Shown: positions 9,631-18,860, counted from the stretch's first letter. The stretch is 64,000 nucleotides of DNA from Pseudomonadota bacterium (GCA_027320085.1 DAHVLZ010000011.1:64155-128154); one strand, 5' to 3'. Program-made: numbers and translations. Notes: generated by a model not told the origin, from the letters alone.

Positions 9631-10512
9631 GGAAACCGTCTGGGCCCGCCGGGTTTTGAGATCCCGGTAAAGCACCCACAGGTTCGTGATCACATAAAGG
9701 ACGGCCAGCCCTTCGAGCAGGGGCCCCACGCCCCACTGGTACCAGCCCGGCAGGCGGGCCAGGTGCTGCACCCCCTTCATCCAGTGCGCGAACTCCTCTC
9801 CCCAGCGTTGTAACCCACCCATCGAGGCCCCCCCCACCGACCCGAGCGTGGGCATCTCATGCCGGCGGAGAAGAACAGCCTCCCAGAGGGAGGTGAAGCC
9901 CGGCACCCAGTCGATCAGGAACAGGAGGGTATAAGGTACGGTGACGAGCGCCCCGGTCAATTTCCAGTCGACGCGGGCCAGGTTGAAGCTCTCGGCAATC
10001 GATGCCACGACGCCCTGACCATCCAGGACAGCGGCCAGCCCGAAGAGGACACCCCCCACACTGATGATGACGAGGGGGGCCAAAAGGAGGCCCATGCCGA
10101 GCACCCAGGAAAGGACTCCGGGCCAGCCGGGGATCAGGCCGAGGAGCGCGCCCACCACGAGAGCAACCAAGAGGGCCACGAGGGAGGCCGCAAGGAGAAT
10201 GCCATCGAGCAGGAGGGCCGCCAGAAAATAACGGCCGCTCCGACCGAGCCCTCTCGACCACCCGAGCGGCTCTGCCCCCGGTTCATGCCGGCTGAGGTAG
10301 ACCAGAACACCCGCATGGTAGGCACAGGAAAACCCCAGGGCAGCCAGCCACCACAGGAGTCCGGACGGCCAGTGATCCTCGAGCAGGCGGTAGACCCAGG
10401 TCGTGAGGAACAGGATCGGGGCTACCCGGAGCCAGAGCCGGCCAGCCTCGGCCAGCAGACGATGGAGTGGTGCACTTGCAGTTTTTGTGGAAGAGGAATA
10501 ATGTATAGACAT
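9601..10512 (-). CDS. Hypothetical multi-pass membrane protein
   Basis: 303 aa with about 6 hydrophobic segments; the ASIAESFNLARVDW segment resembles YciC-like membrane domains. Convergent overlap with prfA. Confidence 0.65.
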   Translation of the reverse strand: MSIHYSSSTKTASAPLHRLLAEAGRLWLRVAPILFLTTWVYRLLEDHWPSGLLWWLAALGFSCAYHAGVLVYLSRHEPGAEPLGWSRGLGRSGRYFLAALLLDGILLAASLVALLVALVVGALLGLIPGWPGVLSWVLGMGLLLAPLVIISVGGVLFGLAAVLDGQGVVASIAESFNLARVDWKLTGALVTVPYTLLFLIDWVPGFTSLWEAVLLRRHEMPTLGSVGGASMGGLQRWGEEFAHWMKGVQHLARLPGWYQWGVGPLLEGLAVLYVITNLWVLYRDLKTRRAQTVSSAGTPSTPG

Positions 10513-10615
10513 GCTCGATACGAGTTTTGGCAGCGTTGCTGAACCGTATGGACGAAGCTCAGTCGGTATGATCCGTCACCATCAATATATCAGACCCCAC
10601 AGGAGGAATGATTCG

Positions 10616-10837
10616 ATGAAAAAAGCCTTACTGCTCAGCGCAGGGGTGTTGATTCTTGCCTTGGCTGCTTGCAGCAAGACCCCCGCCCCAGCTCCGAAAA
10701 CCTCTTCTGCCGCTTCCAGCACCAGCATGATGGCGCCGGCGGCTCCTGCAATGGCCACTGCGACCAAGACCCCGAGCGCGGCCACCAAGGCCAAGGCAAC
10801 GAAAGCCCCCTCGTCCGCAACCCACACGGGTTCGTAA
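10616..10837 (+). CDS. Small low-complexity lipoprotein
   Basis: AGGAGG RBS, MKKALLLSAGVLILALAAC lipobox, then an A/S/T/P/K-rich tail; followed by an intrinsic terminator. Confidence 0.8.
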   Translation: MKKALLLSAGVLILALAACSKTPAPAPKTSSAASSTSMMAPAAPAMATATKTPSAATKAKATKAPSSATHTGS

Positions 10838-10881
10838 GACGGGTTGGTGATCGGTCGATCTCAAGACTCTTGAGGTCATGG

Positions 10882-10913
10882 GAAAGGCGGACTCCGGTCC
10901 GCCTTTCTTTTTT
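10882..10913 (+). terminator. Rho-independent terminator
   Basis: GAAAGGCGGAC-tccg-GTCCGCCTTTC followed by TTTTTT. Confidence 0.85.
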
Positions 10914-11188
10914 GGGCGGCCTGCGGAAGCGGGGACAGACGGCTCCGCAGTCCCGGTGTCAGGGAAAGGCCGGTTCATGCGATCCGGATGGAACAGGAGG
11001 ATCCCCCTCACCCGGACCTGCAATCCCGGTGACCCGCGGGGCCGTAACACGCAGCGCCGGGGACGGCACCCCGGCACACCCGCAAACGGCCCGGGAATCG
11101 AGGGGACTCCTCGCGAGGGGTTAGGCGCGGGCGTGGACGGAATTGCCCGCGAGGTTTCAGTGCCGGAACGTGGCCACGCCGGCAGCCC

Positions 11189-11794
11189 TCACTCCACTAC
11201 CCGGCTTTCACCTGACTTCTTGAAGTGGATGACCTTGACCAGTGTGCCCTGGTTCATGAACCACTCCGAGACGATCCTGCCCTGTTGCCGAACCTCAATC
11301 ACATACTTGCTGTCCACCGGAGGCAGCTTCGCCAGGAGCCGCCTCAGTGCCGCTGGATCAAAGTGGTGGACTCGCGGCAGGAATTCCTGCACGACACCCC
11401 GGAAGCTGGCCGGATAGTTGTAAAAGGTTTCGTTTTGATACAGGAAGTGTTGGCCATTGGTCTCGCAAAACAGGAGGGCCCGGTTCCTCAAATGGGAGCC
11501 GAGCGGGTAATGAAACTTGCAAACCACAAGATTGCGATCCTGGGGAGCGCTCGACCACGTGCGAGCCAGCCCCGCCTTGATGAGACCGAGAACCACCATA
11601 TGGGGGATCTCATGGCCATTGACCCTGATCTTGCCGAGCCAGGTGGTCTCTCGCTCGGGCAAGTTGCGATACCCGACCCCGTGGTCGCTGCGGGGGCTTC
11701 CGCGCAGGTCTCTCGCCCACGCGAGCTGCAGGGCAAGGCCGTTGGTGGCCAGAAACACGCCCAAAACCAGCCAGACAACCCGTCTCATGTTCAT
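11189..11794 (-). CDS. Hypothetical exported protein
   Basis: Strong RBS (AGGAGGAG), Sec signal peptide (MRRVVWLVLGVFLATNGLALQLAWA), and a VVCK…LGSH…LFCET Cys pair. Confidence 0.75.
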   Translation of the reverse strand: MNMRRVVWLVLGVFLATNGLALQLAWARDLRGSPRSDHGVGYRNLPERETTWLGKIRVNGHEIPHMVVLGLIKAGLARTWSSAPQDRNLVVCKFHYPLGSHLRNRALLFCETNGQHFLYQNETFYNYPASFRGVVQEFLPRVHHFDPAALRRLLAKLPPVDSKYVIEVRQQGRIVSEWFMNQGTLVKVIHFKKSGESRVVE

Positions 11795-11867
11795 TGGACT
11801 CCTCCTTCGCGTTTCCCGCGATTGCTGATTCCCGGGCCCCGGGGCAAAACCGCCCGAGCCGGTTTCG

Positions 11868-11898
11868 ACTGTATGTCCATCCTCCGAGATTTGTCAAG
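11868..11898 (-). promoter_or_regulatory. Putative sigma70 promoter, shared with 54624-54653
   Basis: Minus strand TTGACA-18 bp-TACAGT. The 14-mer CTTGACAAATCTCG is identical to 54640-54653. Confidence 0.6.
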
Positions 11899-12026
11899 GC
11901 GGGCAAGCAGCCCCGGGAGATTCTTTTCAATCTGGGGATGCCGATGGGAAGGCGAGCGGCACACACCGGCCCGGCCGGTCCCGCGATCCGCCAAGGAGAC
12001 CCCCGGACGGGTTTCCCCGGGCCTTA

Positions 12027-12521
12027 TTACTGGAGGCGTGTCCCCGGCGGGAGGTAACCCGCCTCCGGACCGGGTGCCGGTTCGTTCTGCGGTGGCGGCA
12101 ACGCGATGCCGAAATCGCGACGCAGCTTCTCGAGTCCCGCGCCAGTCAGCCGGAACCCCCCAGCAGGGCTGCTCGGATTGACGATGATTCCCACCCCGGG
12201 CGGCAGGCCGGCCATCACCAGCCCACCCAGAACTTTCTCGGCGGTATGCTGGCCTTCCAGCATTGCGGCGTGCCGCATCGCTTCGTCCTCACTCAGGAAA
12301 AACGCGAGGTGGCGGCCGGTCTCCGGCAGATCCACAACCAGGGCCTCGAGACGGCGAGCCTCGGCCGATCCCGGCGTTCCGGACTCATGGAGCCGGTGGA
12401 GCGTATAGAGCGTGGCCCGGCACAAGGCTTCATAGCAGGTCACCGGCGAGACCTGGCCGTTTTTGAGACCTTCGATCAGGTAGCGGATTTCCTGTTCAGA
12501 ATCGAAATCGACCGGGCTCAT
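12027..12521 (-). CDS. Hypothetical protein translationally coupled to cystathionine lyase
   Basis: 164 aa with natural composition; ATGA overlap with the stop of the upstream lyase gene. Confidence 0.65.
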   Translation of the reverse strand: MSPVDFDSEQEIRYLIEGLKNGQVSPVTCYEALCRATLYTLHRLHESGTPGSAEARRLEALVVDLPETGRHLAFFLSEDEAMRHAAMLEGQHTAEKVLGGLVMAGLPPGVGIIVNPSSPAGGFRLTGAGLEKLRRDFGIALPPPQNEPAPGPEAGYLPPGTRLQ

Positions 12522-13702
12522 GGGGGGTTCTCCTCAGCGTGTTCGAAAGCCTGCTCGAGATCGGCCACAAGGTCCTCGAGATCCTCGATGCCGACCGACA
12601 GCCGGATCAGCCCGTCCTCGATGCCCAAGGCGGCCCGCTCGTAGGGCGGCACACTGGCATGGGTCATGAGGGCCGGATGCTCGATCAGGCTCTCAACCCC
12701 GCCCAGGCTTTCGGCCAGCGTGAAGCACCGGACGCGTTCGAGAATCCGGCGCGCGGCCGGCAGGCCGCCCCGGACCACGATCGAAAGCATGCCTCCCCCA
12801 CTCGTCATCTGGCGGCGCGCCAGGGCAAAGTCCGGATGGCTCGGCAGCCCGGGATAAATCACCCGCTCGACCGCGGGGTGGGAAGCGAGCCAGCGGGCGA
12901 GTTCGAGTGCCTGGGCGCAGTGACGCTCCATGCGCAGCGCCAGGGAATGGATGCCACGCACGGTCAGGAAGCAGTCGAAGGGGCTCGGGATGGCCCCGGT
13001 GCTGTTCTGCAGATAGGCCAGACGTTCCTCGAGATCGGTCCGGTCCGGATGCACCACCACGCACCCGCCGACCACGTCCGAGTGTCCGTTCAGGTACTTG
13101 GTCGTGGAGTGGACGACCAGATCAAAACCCTGCTCCAGGGGACGCTGGATCCACGGCGTGGCAAACGTATTGTCCGCCACGGTGATGGCGCCCTGGGCGC
13201 GGGCGTCGCGTGCAACCGCCTCCAAGTCCACGATCCTGAGGAGTGGGTTGGTGGGGCTCTCGATCCAGACGAGATCCGGTTTTTCGGCCAGTGCCGCCGC
13301 CCGCAGGTCCGCCTGACGGAGATCGACGTAACGGACGCGCAAGCCAGCACCCGGCGTGCGCACCTGGCTCAGGAGCCTCCGGGTTCCTCCATAGAGATCA
13401 TCCATCGCGAGCACGCGGCCGCCGGCCGGCAAGAGTTCGAGGACAGCCGCCGATGCCGCGAGCCCGGACGCGAAGGCAAATGCCCGCCGCCCGCTCTCGA
13501 GATCGGCGAGCACCTGTTCGAGCACCTCGCGGGTGGGATTGCGGGTCCGCGAATACTCGTAGCCCAGATGGATTCCGGGGCTCTTCTGGCGGTACGTGGA
13601 GGTGGCATAGATCGGGACATTGACCGCACCGGTCAAGGGGTCCGCCTCCTGGCCGGCGTGGAGCGCCCGCGTGGCAAATCCCGGACGACGGGACCCGGTC
13701 AT
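12518..13702 (-). CDS. Cystathionine gamma-lyase/gamma-synthase (PLP trans-sulfuration family)
   Basis: YEYSRTRNPTR, ESPTNP, DNTFATP, HSTTKYLNGHSDV (PLP Lys), AESLGGVESL, RLSVGIED. Confidence 0.93.
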   Translation of the reverse strand: MTGSRRPGFATRALHAGQEADPLTGAVNVPIYATSTYRQKSPGIHLGYEYSRTRNPTREVLEQVLADLESGRRAFAFASGLAASAAVLELLPAGGRVLAMDDLYGGTRRLLSQVRTPGAGLRVRYVDLRQADLRAAALAEKPDLVWIESPTNPLLRIVDLEAVARDARAQGAITVADNTFATPWIQRPLEQGFDLVVHSTTKYLNGHSDVVGGCVVVHPDRTDLEERLAYLQNSTGAIPSPFDCFLTVRGIHSLALRMERHCAQALELARWLASHPAVERVIYPGLPSHPDFALARRQMTSGGGMLSIVVRGGLPAARRILERVRCFTLAESLGGVESLIEHPALMTHASVPPYERAALGIEDGLIRLSVGIEDLEDLVADLEQAFEHAEENPP

Positions 13703-15084
13703 GGGTGACGTGCCATGGCTTCGGCCATGCGCCGGAACTGGATGATGACGTCGCTGCGGGTGACCAGGCCGTAGAACTGGCCGTCCCTCAGGATGCCGAC
13801 CGAGGGCTCGGCCTCGAGTTTCATGACGAGCTCGTTGAGCGAAGCACTGGAATCCAGGGTGACGAGACCCCGCTTGGGTACACTTTTCACCGGGCTCGAA
13901 AACAGCCGGCAGTCCTTGGCCAGGGCGCTCATGACGTCGGTTTCGGTGAGTAGTCCGACCAATCGCCCGTCTGACGACATGACCGGGAGCTGTGAAAACT
14001 CACCTTGCCGCATGCGACGGTAGGCCACCTCCAGGCTATCTTCGGGAGCCACCGTGACGACCTGGCCGTCCGACTGCCGGCGCGAGACGAAATCCCGGAG
14101 ATCGCCCTGCCGCCGCTGCGGGGTCAGGCCGTGCTCATACAGCCAGCCTGCGTTGAAGACCTTGGACAGATAGCGGGTTCCGGTATCACAGGCCAGGGTC
14201 AGGATCCGCTTCGGAACCGTCTGCTCACGGGCATAGCGCACGGCAGCGGACATCAGGGCACCGGTCGAAGTTCCAGCCAGGATACCGGTCGTGCGCAACA
14301 GATCCCGGACCATCGCAAAAGACTCGGCATCCGGAATCGTGAAAGCCCGATCGACCAGACTGAGGTCACCGATCGGCGGAATGTAGTCCTCACCGATTCC
14401 CTCGACCAACCAGCTTCCTTTCTTCGCGAGTTGGCCCGTCTTCAGGTAGCCCGCGACCACCGAACCGGCCGGGTCGGCCAGGACGATTTCGATTTTCGGA
14501 TTTTTCCGCTTGAGATAGCGGCCGACCCCGGTCAGGGTCCCCGTGGTCCCGGCACCCAAAACGACCGCATCGAGATTCCCTTCCATCTGTTCCCAGATTT
14601 CAGGACCGGTGCTTTGTTCATGGATCCGGGGATTGTCGGGGTTCCCGAACTGGTTGATGTAGTAGCCCCCCCGCTCGCGGGCCAGACGCTCTGCGAGATC
14701 CTGGTAATACTCGGGGTGTCCACGGCTCACATCCGATCGCGTGACCAGGATTTCAACCCCCATGGCCCGCAACTGTGAGACTTTCTCGCCACTCATCTTG
14801 TCCGGAACGACGAGGAGCAGGGGGTAGCCTTTCCGGAGGGCCACCAGGGCCAGCCCGATGCCGGTGTTTCCGGCCGTGGCCTCGACGAGCAGCCGCGGCG
14901 GGCTGATGTCGCCACGGGTTTCGGCCGCCTCGATAAGGCCCACCGCCACCCGGTCCTTGATCGACCCCCCCGGGTTCATGAGTTCGAGCTTGAGAAAGAG
15001 GCGGCACGGCCCGAGGTCGAACCCCGAAACTTCCATGACCGGGGTCCTGCCGACCAGGTCCAAAAGGCTTTGATAGACTGCCAC
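13699..15084 (-). CDS. Cystathionine beta-synthase with C-terminal CBS domains
   Basis: LKLELMNPGGSIKDR (PLP Lys), EATAGNTGIG, NQFGNPDNP, VEGIGEDY, CBS pair (FSQLPV…GLLTETD; GLVTRSD). GTG start at 15084. Confidence 0.92.
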   Translation of the reverse strand: MAVYQSLLDLVGRTPVMEVSGFDLGPCRLFLKLELMNPGGSIKDRVAVGLIEAAETRGDISPPRLLVEATAGNTGIGLALVALRKGYPLLLVVPDKMSGEKVSQLRAMGVEILVTRSDVSRGHPEYYQDLAERLARERGGYYINQFGNPDNPRIHEQSTGPEIWEQMEGNLDAVVLGAGTTGTLTGVGRYLKRKNPKIEIVLADPAGSVVAGYLKTGQLAKKGSWLVEGIGEDYIPPIGDLSLVDRAFTIPDAESFAMVRDLLRTTGILAGTSTGALMSAAVRYAREQTVPKRILTLACDTGTRYLSKVFNAGWLYEHGLTPQRRQGDLRDFVSRRQSDGQVVTVAPEDSLEVAYRRMRQGEFSQLPVMSSDGRLVGLLTETDVMSALAKDCRLFSSPVKSVPKRGLVTLDSSASLNELVMKLEAEPSVGILRDGQFYGLVTRSDVIIQFRRMAEAMARHP

Positions 15085-15111
15085 GATTCCCCAACACCCG
15101 TCTGGACGGGC

Positions 15112-16005
15112 ATGAAAACGGGTTATTTTAACAAAACCGGCCCTCCCTCTCCGCCGGCCACCATTGCCCTGGCCTGCCGGGCCGCCGCAGACGCGCTCCC
15201 TCCCGAACCCGAGGCTTGGCGGGAAAGCGTGTCCCTCATGGCCATCGCCCTTCAAACCACCCGGGAACGGGTCTTGGCCGAACCGGACCGGCCGCTCACC
15301 CCCCGGGTCCGCCGACGTTTCAGTGCCCTGGTGTCGCGGCGGATCCAAGGCTGGCCACTCGCCTACCTCAGTGGACACCGCGAGTTCTGGTCCCTGGACT
15401 TTCGGGTGACGCAAGCCACCTTGGTGCCACGACCCGAGACCGAAGCCCTGGTGGCCACCGTCTGCGCGTTGATCCCGACCCGGCCATCCGGCCGACTCCT
15501 GGATCTCGGGACCGGTAGCGGGATCCTGGCCGTGGCCCTGGCTCACGAACGACCGGAACTCGAGATCTGGGCGACCGATCTCGACCCACGCGCGCTCCGG
15601 ATTGCGCGTGCCAATGCCCGGCGGCTCGGCGGGCGGCCGATCCGGTTCCGTGTCGGGGACTGGTTCGACGCCCTTCCGCGATCACTCCGTTTCGATGCGA
15701 TCGTGAGCAATCCGCCCTATCTTGCAGACTCCGATCCCCACCTAGCGGATGACGGCCTCCGTTTCGAGCCGCGCCGGAGCCTGGCCGCGGGACCGACAGG
15801 CCTCGAAGCCCTGCTTGTCCTCATCCGGGACTCGGCCGCCCGACTGAATGCCGGGGGCTTTCTGGCACTGGAACATGCACCGGCACAGCAGGTGGCCGTA
15901 CATGCGGCCTTCCGAGGCGGCGGTTGGGTCCGCATACAAAGCTACACGGACATCGCGGGACATCCCCAAGGTAGTTTTGCTTTCCGGCCCTGGATTGTTT
16001 CGTGA
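15112..16005 (+). CDS. prmC: Release factor glutamine methyltransferase
   Basis: PLAYLSGHREFW, LVPRPETE, LDLGTGSG, VSNPPY. Confidence 0.94.
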   Translation: MKTGYFNKTGPPSPPATIALACRAAADALPPEPEAWRESVSLMAIALQTTRERVLAEPDRPLTPRVRRRFSALVSRRIQGWPLAYLSGHREFWSLDFRVTQATLVPRPETEALVATVCALIPTRPSGRLLDLGTGSGILAVALAHERPELEIWATDLDPRALRIARANARRLGGRPIRFRVGDWFDALPRSLRFDAIVSNPPYLADSDPHLADDGLRFEPRRSLAAGPTGLEALLVLIRDSAARLNAGGFLALEHAPAQQVAVHAAFRGGGWVRIQSYTDIAGHPQGSFAFRPWIVS

Positions 16006-16792
16006 TTTCAGGGAGATTCGCCTTCGATAACTCCGCATGCGCCAGAATCGCCGCGCGCAATTTCCCGTCGCCATAGGGAAAGCATAATGGCCCCAGGGTA
16101 ACACGCTCCCCCTGGTCTCCCGGCAATCGCAGATCCAGCAGAAAAGAACCATCGTCCAGTGCGCGAGCGACGCAGCCTTGGCAACCGGCGGTTTCATCAC
16201 TGGAACCAAGTACCAGGAACTGGGTGGAGCGCGCAGCTCTCCAGTCGGACAACCATTCCTCGTGGTCCTGGTAGCCGTTCTCGGCCAGATGATGCTGCTT
16301 GCCGAAAAGCTTTCGTCCGCCAAAGCAGATGCCCGTGCCCATGGGGCGGTGCAGATCTTCGATGACGTGCGACTGGCGCTCCAGGAGATTGCGCAGCTTG
16401 CGCTTCTTCTGGTGCAGCCGGTTTTCCAGCCGATTCAAGCGCTTTCGATCCACGATCGCCTTGCCGCGCTCCCTGACGATTTGCCGCTCGATCCTTGGCA
16501 ACAGTTTTTGGATGGCTGTTACCTTTTCACTCAGGATATTCTCCTGGTGTTTCAGGTTCTCTGCGCGGTTTTCCGCCAATCCTTCAACATGGGACCGCAC
16601 GGCGTTGAACTGACGCGCGGTAACAGCGAAGCGCCGCAGGTAGCCGTTTTTGAAGGACGCTCCATTTCTCTTCTCTCGCGCCATGTCGACCGCCAGATGG
16701 CGGGCGACCAGATTGAACCGGTTCGCATAGCCTGCCAAAGCTGCATCCTGTTCCGCAGTCAGATTGCGCAATCGGGTGTGCAGCGTGATCAT
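16006..16792 (-). pseudogene. tnpB: IS607-associated TnpB-related protein, N-terminal ~260 aa only (RuvC half absent)
   Basis: FKNGYLRRFAVTARQFNA, coiled-coil LHQKKRKL, ICFGGRKLFGKQHHLAENGY…WLSDWRAARS…LGSSDETAG. No RuvC-I (G-hydrophobic-D) motif. The frame reads into antisense prmC and stops at 15821. Confidence 0.75.
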
Positions 16793-17364
16793 GTGGGATT
16801 TTCCGCTGCACAGGCCGCAGACAGTGCCTTTTCCGCGCGATGTTTCGCGGAGCGCCGACCGTAGAGCCGTGCGCAAAAGGAGGTCAACACCGGAATCATG
16901 TCCTGCACCAGATCGTCTTTCAACTCGGATTCATCCACGACCAGAAGTTTTCCGCCACGTCCCGCCCAGGCGGCCTCGACCTATTCCGCGCCAAACCGCA
17001 TGAGTCGATCACGATGCCCGACAACCATGTTTTCGATGGTGTGATCACCCAGCAGCCGTAACAACTTTTTCCGATGCCCGTTCAGGCCGGATCCAATTTC
17101 CGATACGGTTTCGCTCACCGGCAGCCCGCACCCATTGGCGAAGACGACACACCGCGCCACTTGTCCGTCCAGATGCGGTTTCCGGTCGTGGCTGGAGACG
17201 CAAGCCTATACCACGGTCTTCCCTATGGCGGATTTCGGAGCATCCACCAAAATGGTTCCGGTTGGAAGTTGTCGTGCGGGAACCGGCAACGTGCCCGCCT
17301 TGAACCATTCCCAGGCGGTACGGTACGTGATGCCTTGTGTCTTTGCCCATTCACTGAGTTTCAT
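16789..17364 (-). pseudogene. tnpA: IS607 transposase (serine recombinase) with two in-frame TAG stops
   Basis: MKLSEWAKTQGITYRTAWEWF…KTVV*ACVSSHD…EIGSGLNGHR…HRDRLMRFGAE*VEAA…DDLVQDM…LTSFCARLYGRRSA. Stops at 17206-17208 and 16981-16983. Confidence 0.9.
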
Positions 17365-17418
17365 ACCTGATATGACAGCATCAAACACTATAAAGTCCCA
17401 TGTTTGCGTCAATAGTTG

Positions 17419-18054
17419 CTAACCCCGGCTCATGAGGAGCGGGAAGAGCGCCTGGATCCCCTTCGCAATGAATTCGACGCCGATTGCCGCCATGATGAGG
17501 CCCATGATCCGGGTAAACACGTTGATCCCGGTCTTGCCGAGCCAGCGGGCCAGATAGGGAGCCCCGCGCAGGCACAACCAGGTCACGAGCACGGCGAGCG
17601 CGATCACCGCGGCCTCGATCAGGTCGTAGACGAACGACGAATGCTTCTGCGCATAAAGAATGACCGTGCTGATGGCGCCGGGGCCGGCCAAGAGGGGAAT
17701 ACCCAGGGGCACCACCGCCACGTTCTCACGCAGGGACGAATCCTCGATCTCCTCGTCGGTCTGTTTGACGGCACTGGGCTTGGCCTGCAGCATGGCCAGG
17801 GCGATCAGGAGGATGAGCAGTCCCCCGGCGATCCGGAATGAGGCGATACTGATGCCAAAGAAGGACAAAAGCGCGCTGCCGCTGAAGAAACTGACCCAGA
17901 GGACCAGAAGAACGGTGAACGCCGCATTGCGTGCGGTTCTCCGCCTCTGGTTCTCGATCTGGCTCTGGGTCAGGTTGATGAAGATCGGGATGGCGCCTAC
18001 GGGATTGAGGAGCGCGATCAGTGCCGTAAAGGACTTGAGATAGACCTCGAGCAT
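17419..18054 (-). CDS. MarC/NAAT family membrane protein
   Basis: LLNPVGAIPIF, FRIAGG, VPLGIPLLAGPGAIST, TRIMGLIMAAIGVEFI. Confidence 0.92.
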   Translation of the reverse strand: MLEVYLKSFTALIALLNPVGAIPIFINLTQSQIENQRRRTARNAAFTVLLVLWVSFFSGSALLSFFGISIASFRIAGGLLILLIALAMLQAKPSAVKQTDEEIEDSSLRENVAVVPLGIPLLAGPGAISTVILYAQKHSSFVYDLIEAAVIALAVLVTWLCLRGAPYLARWLGKTGINVFTRIMGLIMAAIGVEFIAKGIQALFPLLMSRG

Positions 18055-18095
18055 GATCAGCCATCCGCCTGCGTGAACCTGCCATAATAACAGGC

Positions 18096-18860
18096 ATGGA
18101 CCCCTCCGCGATGCGATACGTTCGTCAGACGGTCCTGCCGGGCTGGGGAACCCAAGGCCAGATGCAGCTCGCCCGTGCCCGCATCCTCGTGGTCGGGCTC
18201 GGCGGACCGGGCTCGATCGCCGCCTTGTATCTCGCAGCGGCCGGGATCGGCACGCTCGTGCTCAACGACTTCGATGCCGTGGACGAAACGAATCTCCACC
18301 GGCAGTTGCTCTACGGCGAAAAAGACCGGGGCCAACCCAAGGCCCGGGCCGCACAAGCCCGTCTCCTCGCACAAAACTCAGGCGTCCGGATCGAGGCACT
18401 CTCCCACAGTCTCCCCCCCGCCGAACTCGAGGACCAGATCCGCCAGGCGGACCTCGTTCTCGACACGACCGATCGCTACACCACCCGTTACGACATCAAC
18501 CGACTCTGCGTGCGGCACGGCCGGAGGCTCGTCGGCGCTTCCTGCCTGGGCCAGGGCGGGCAACTTCTCGTTTTCGATTTCGAGCAGGTCGGAACCGCCT
18601 GCTATGCCTGTCTTTATCCGGAAGATGGGATCGAGGATCCGCTCCGGTGTGCCACAAACGGAGTCTCGGGTCCCGTGGCCGGGCTGGTCGGCAGTCTCGC
18701 GGCCCAAGCCATCCTCGATTTGATTCTCGGCCGGAGCAGTCCCTGGCCCGGCATGCTCTGGCGGTGGGACGCCGGCTCGGGACGCCTCCAATCCACCCGC
18801 ATGACCCGGGATCCGGCTTGTCCGGTCTGCCGGATGCCGCCTGACGGGAATCGACCCTAG
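18096..18860 (+). CDS. moeB: HesA/MoeB/ThiF family adenylyltransferase
   Basis: [32 protein letters not shown] and CPVC zinc motifs. Confidence 0.88.
   Translation: MDPSAMRYVRQTVLPGWGTQGQMQLARARILVVGLGGPGSIAALYLAAAGIGTLVLNDFDAVDETNLHRQLLYGEKDRGQPKARAAQARLLAQNSGVRIEALSHSLPPAELEDQIRQADLVLDTTDRYTTRYDINRLCVRHGRRLVGASCLGQGGQLLVFDFEQVGTACYACLYPEDGIEDPLRCATNGVSGPVAGLVGSLAAQAILDLILGRSSPWPGMLWRWDAGSGRLQSTRMTRDPACPVCRMPPDGNRP

Larger units (their letters stand above)
16006..17418 (-). mobile_element. Degenerate IS607-family element (left end, tnpA and truncated tnpB)
   Basis: MerR-HTH/serine-recombinase tnpA overlaps (ATGA) a TnpB-like ORF. GC is lower than in the flanks and the left end is AT-rich. 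The right end is missing; boundaries are approximate. Confidence 0.85.

Noticed and set aside
10920-11185. GC-rich intergenic stretch, possible sRNA or ORFs
   Set aside because: No recognisable RNA motif, repeat or credible coding frame.
15085-15546. 154-aa N-terminal extension of cystathionine beta-synthase
   Set aside because: Antisense overlap with prmC; enzyme homology starts at GTG 15084.
16006-16792. Cas12-like effector or CRISPR locus
   Set aside because: No repeat-spacer array or cas genes anywhere in the window; the context is an IS607 element and RuvC is missing.
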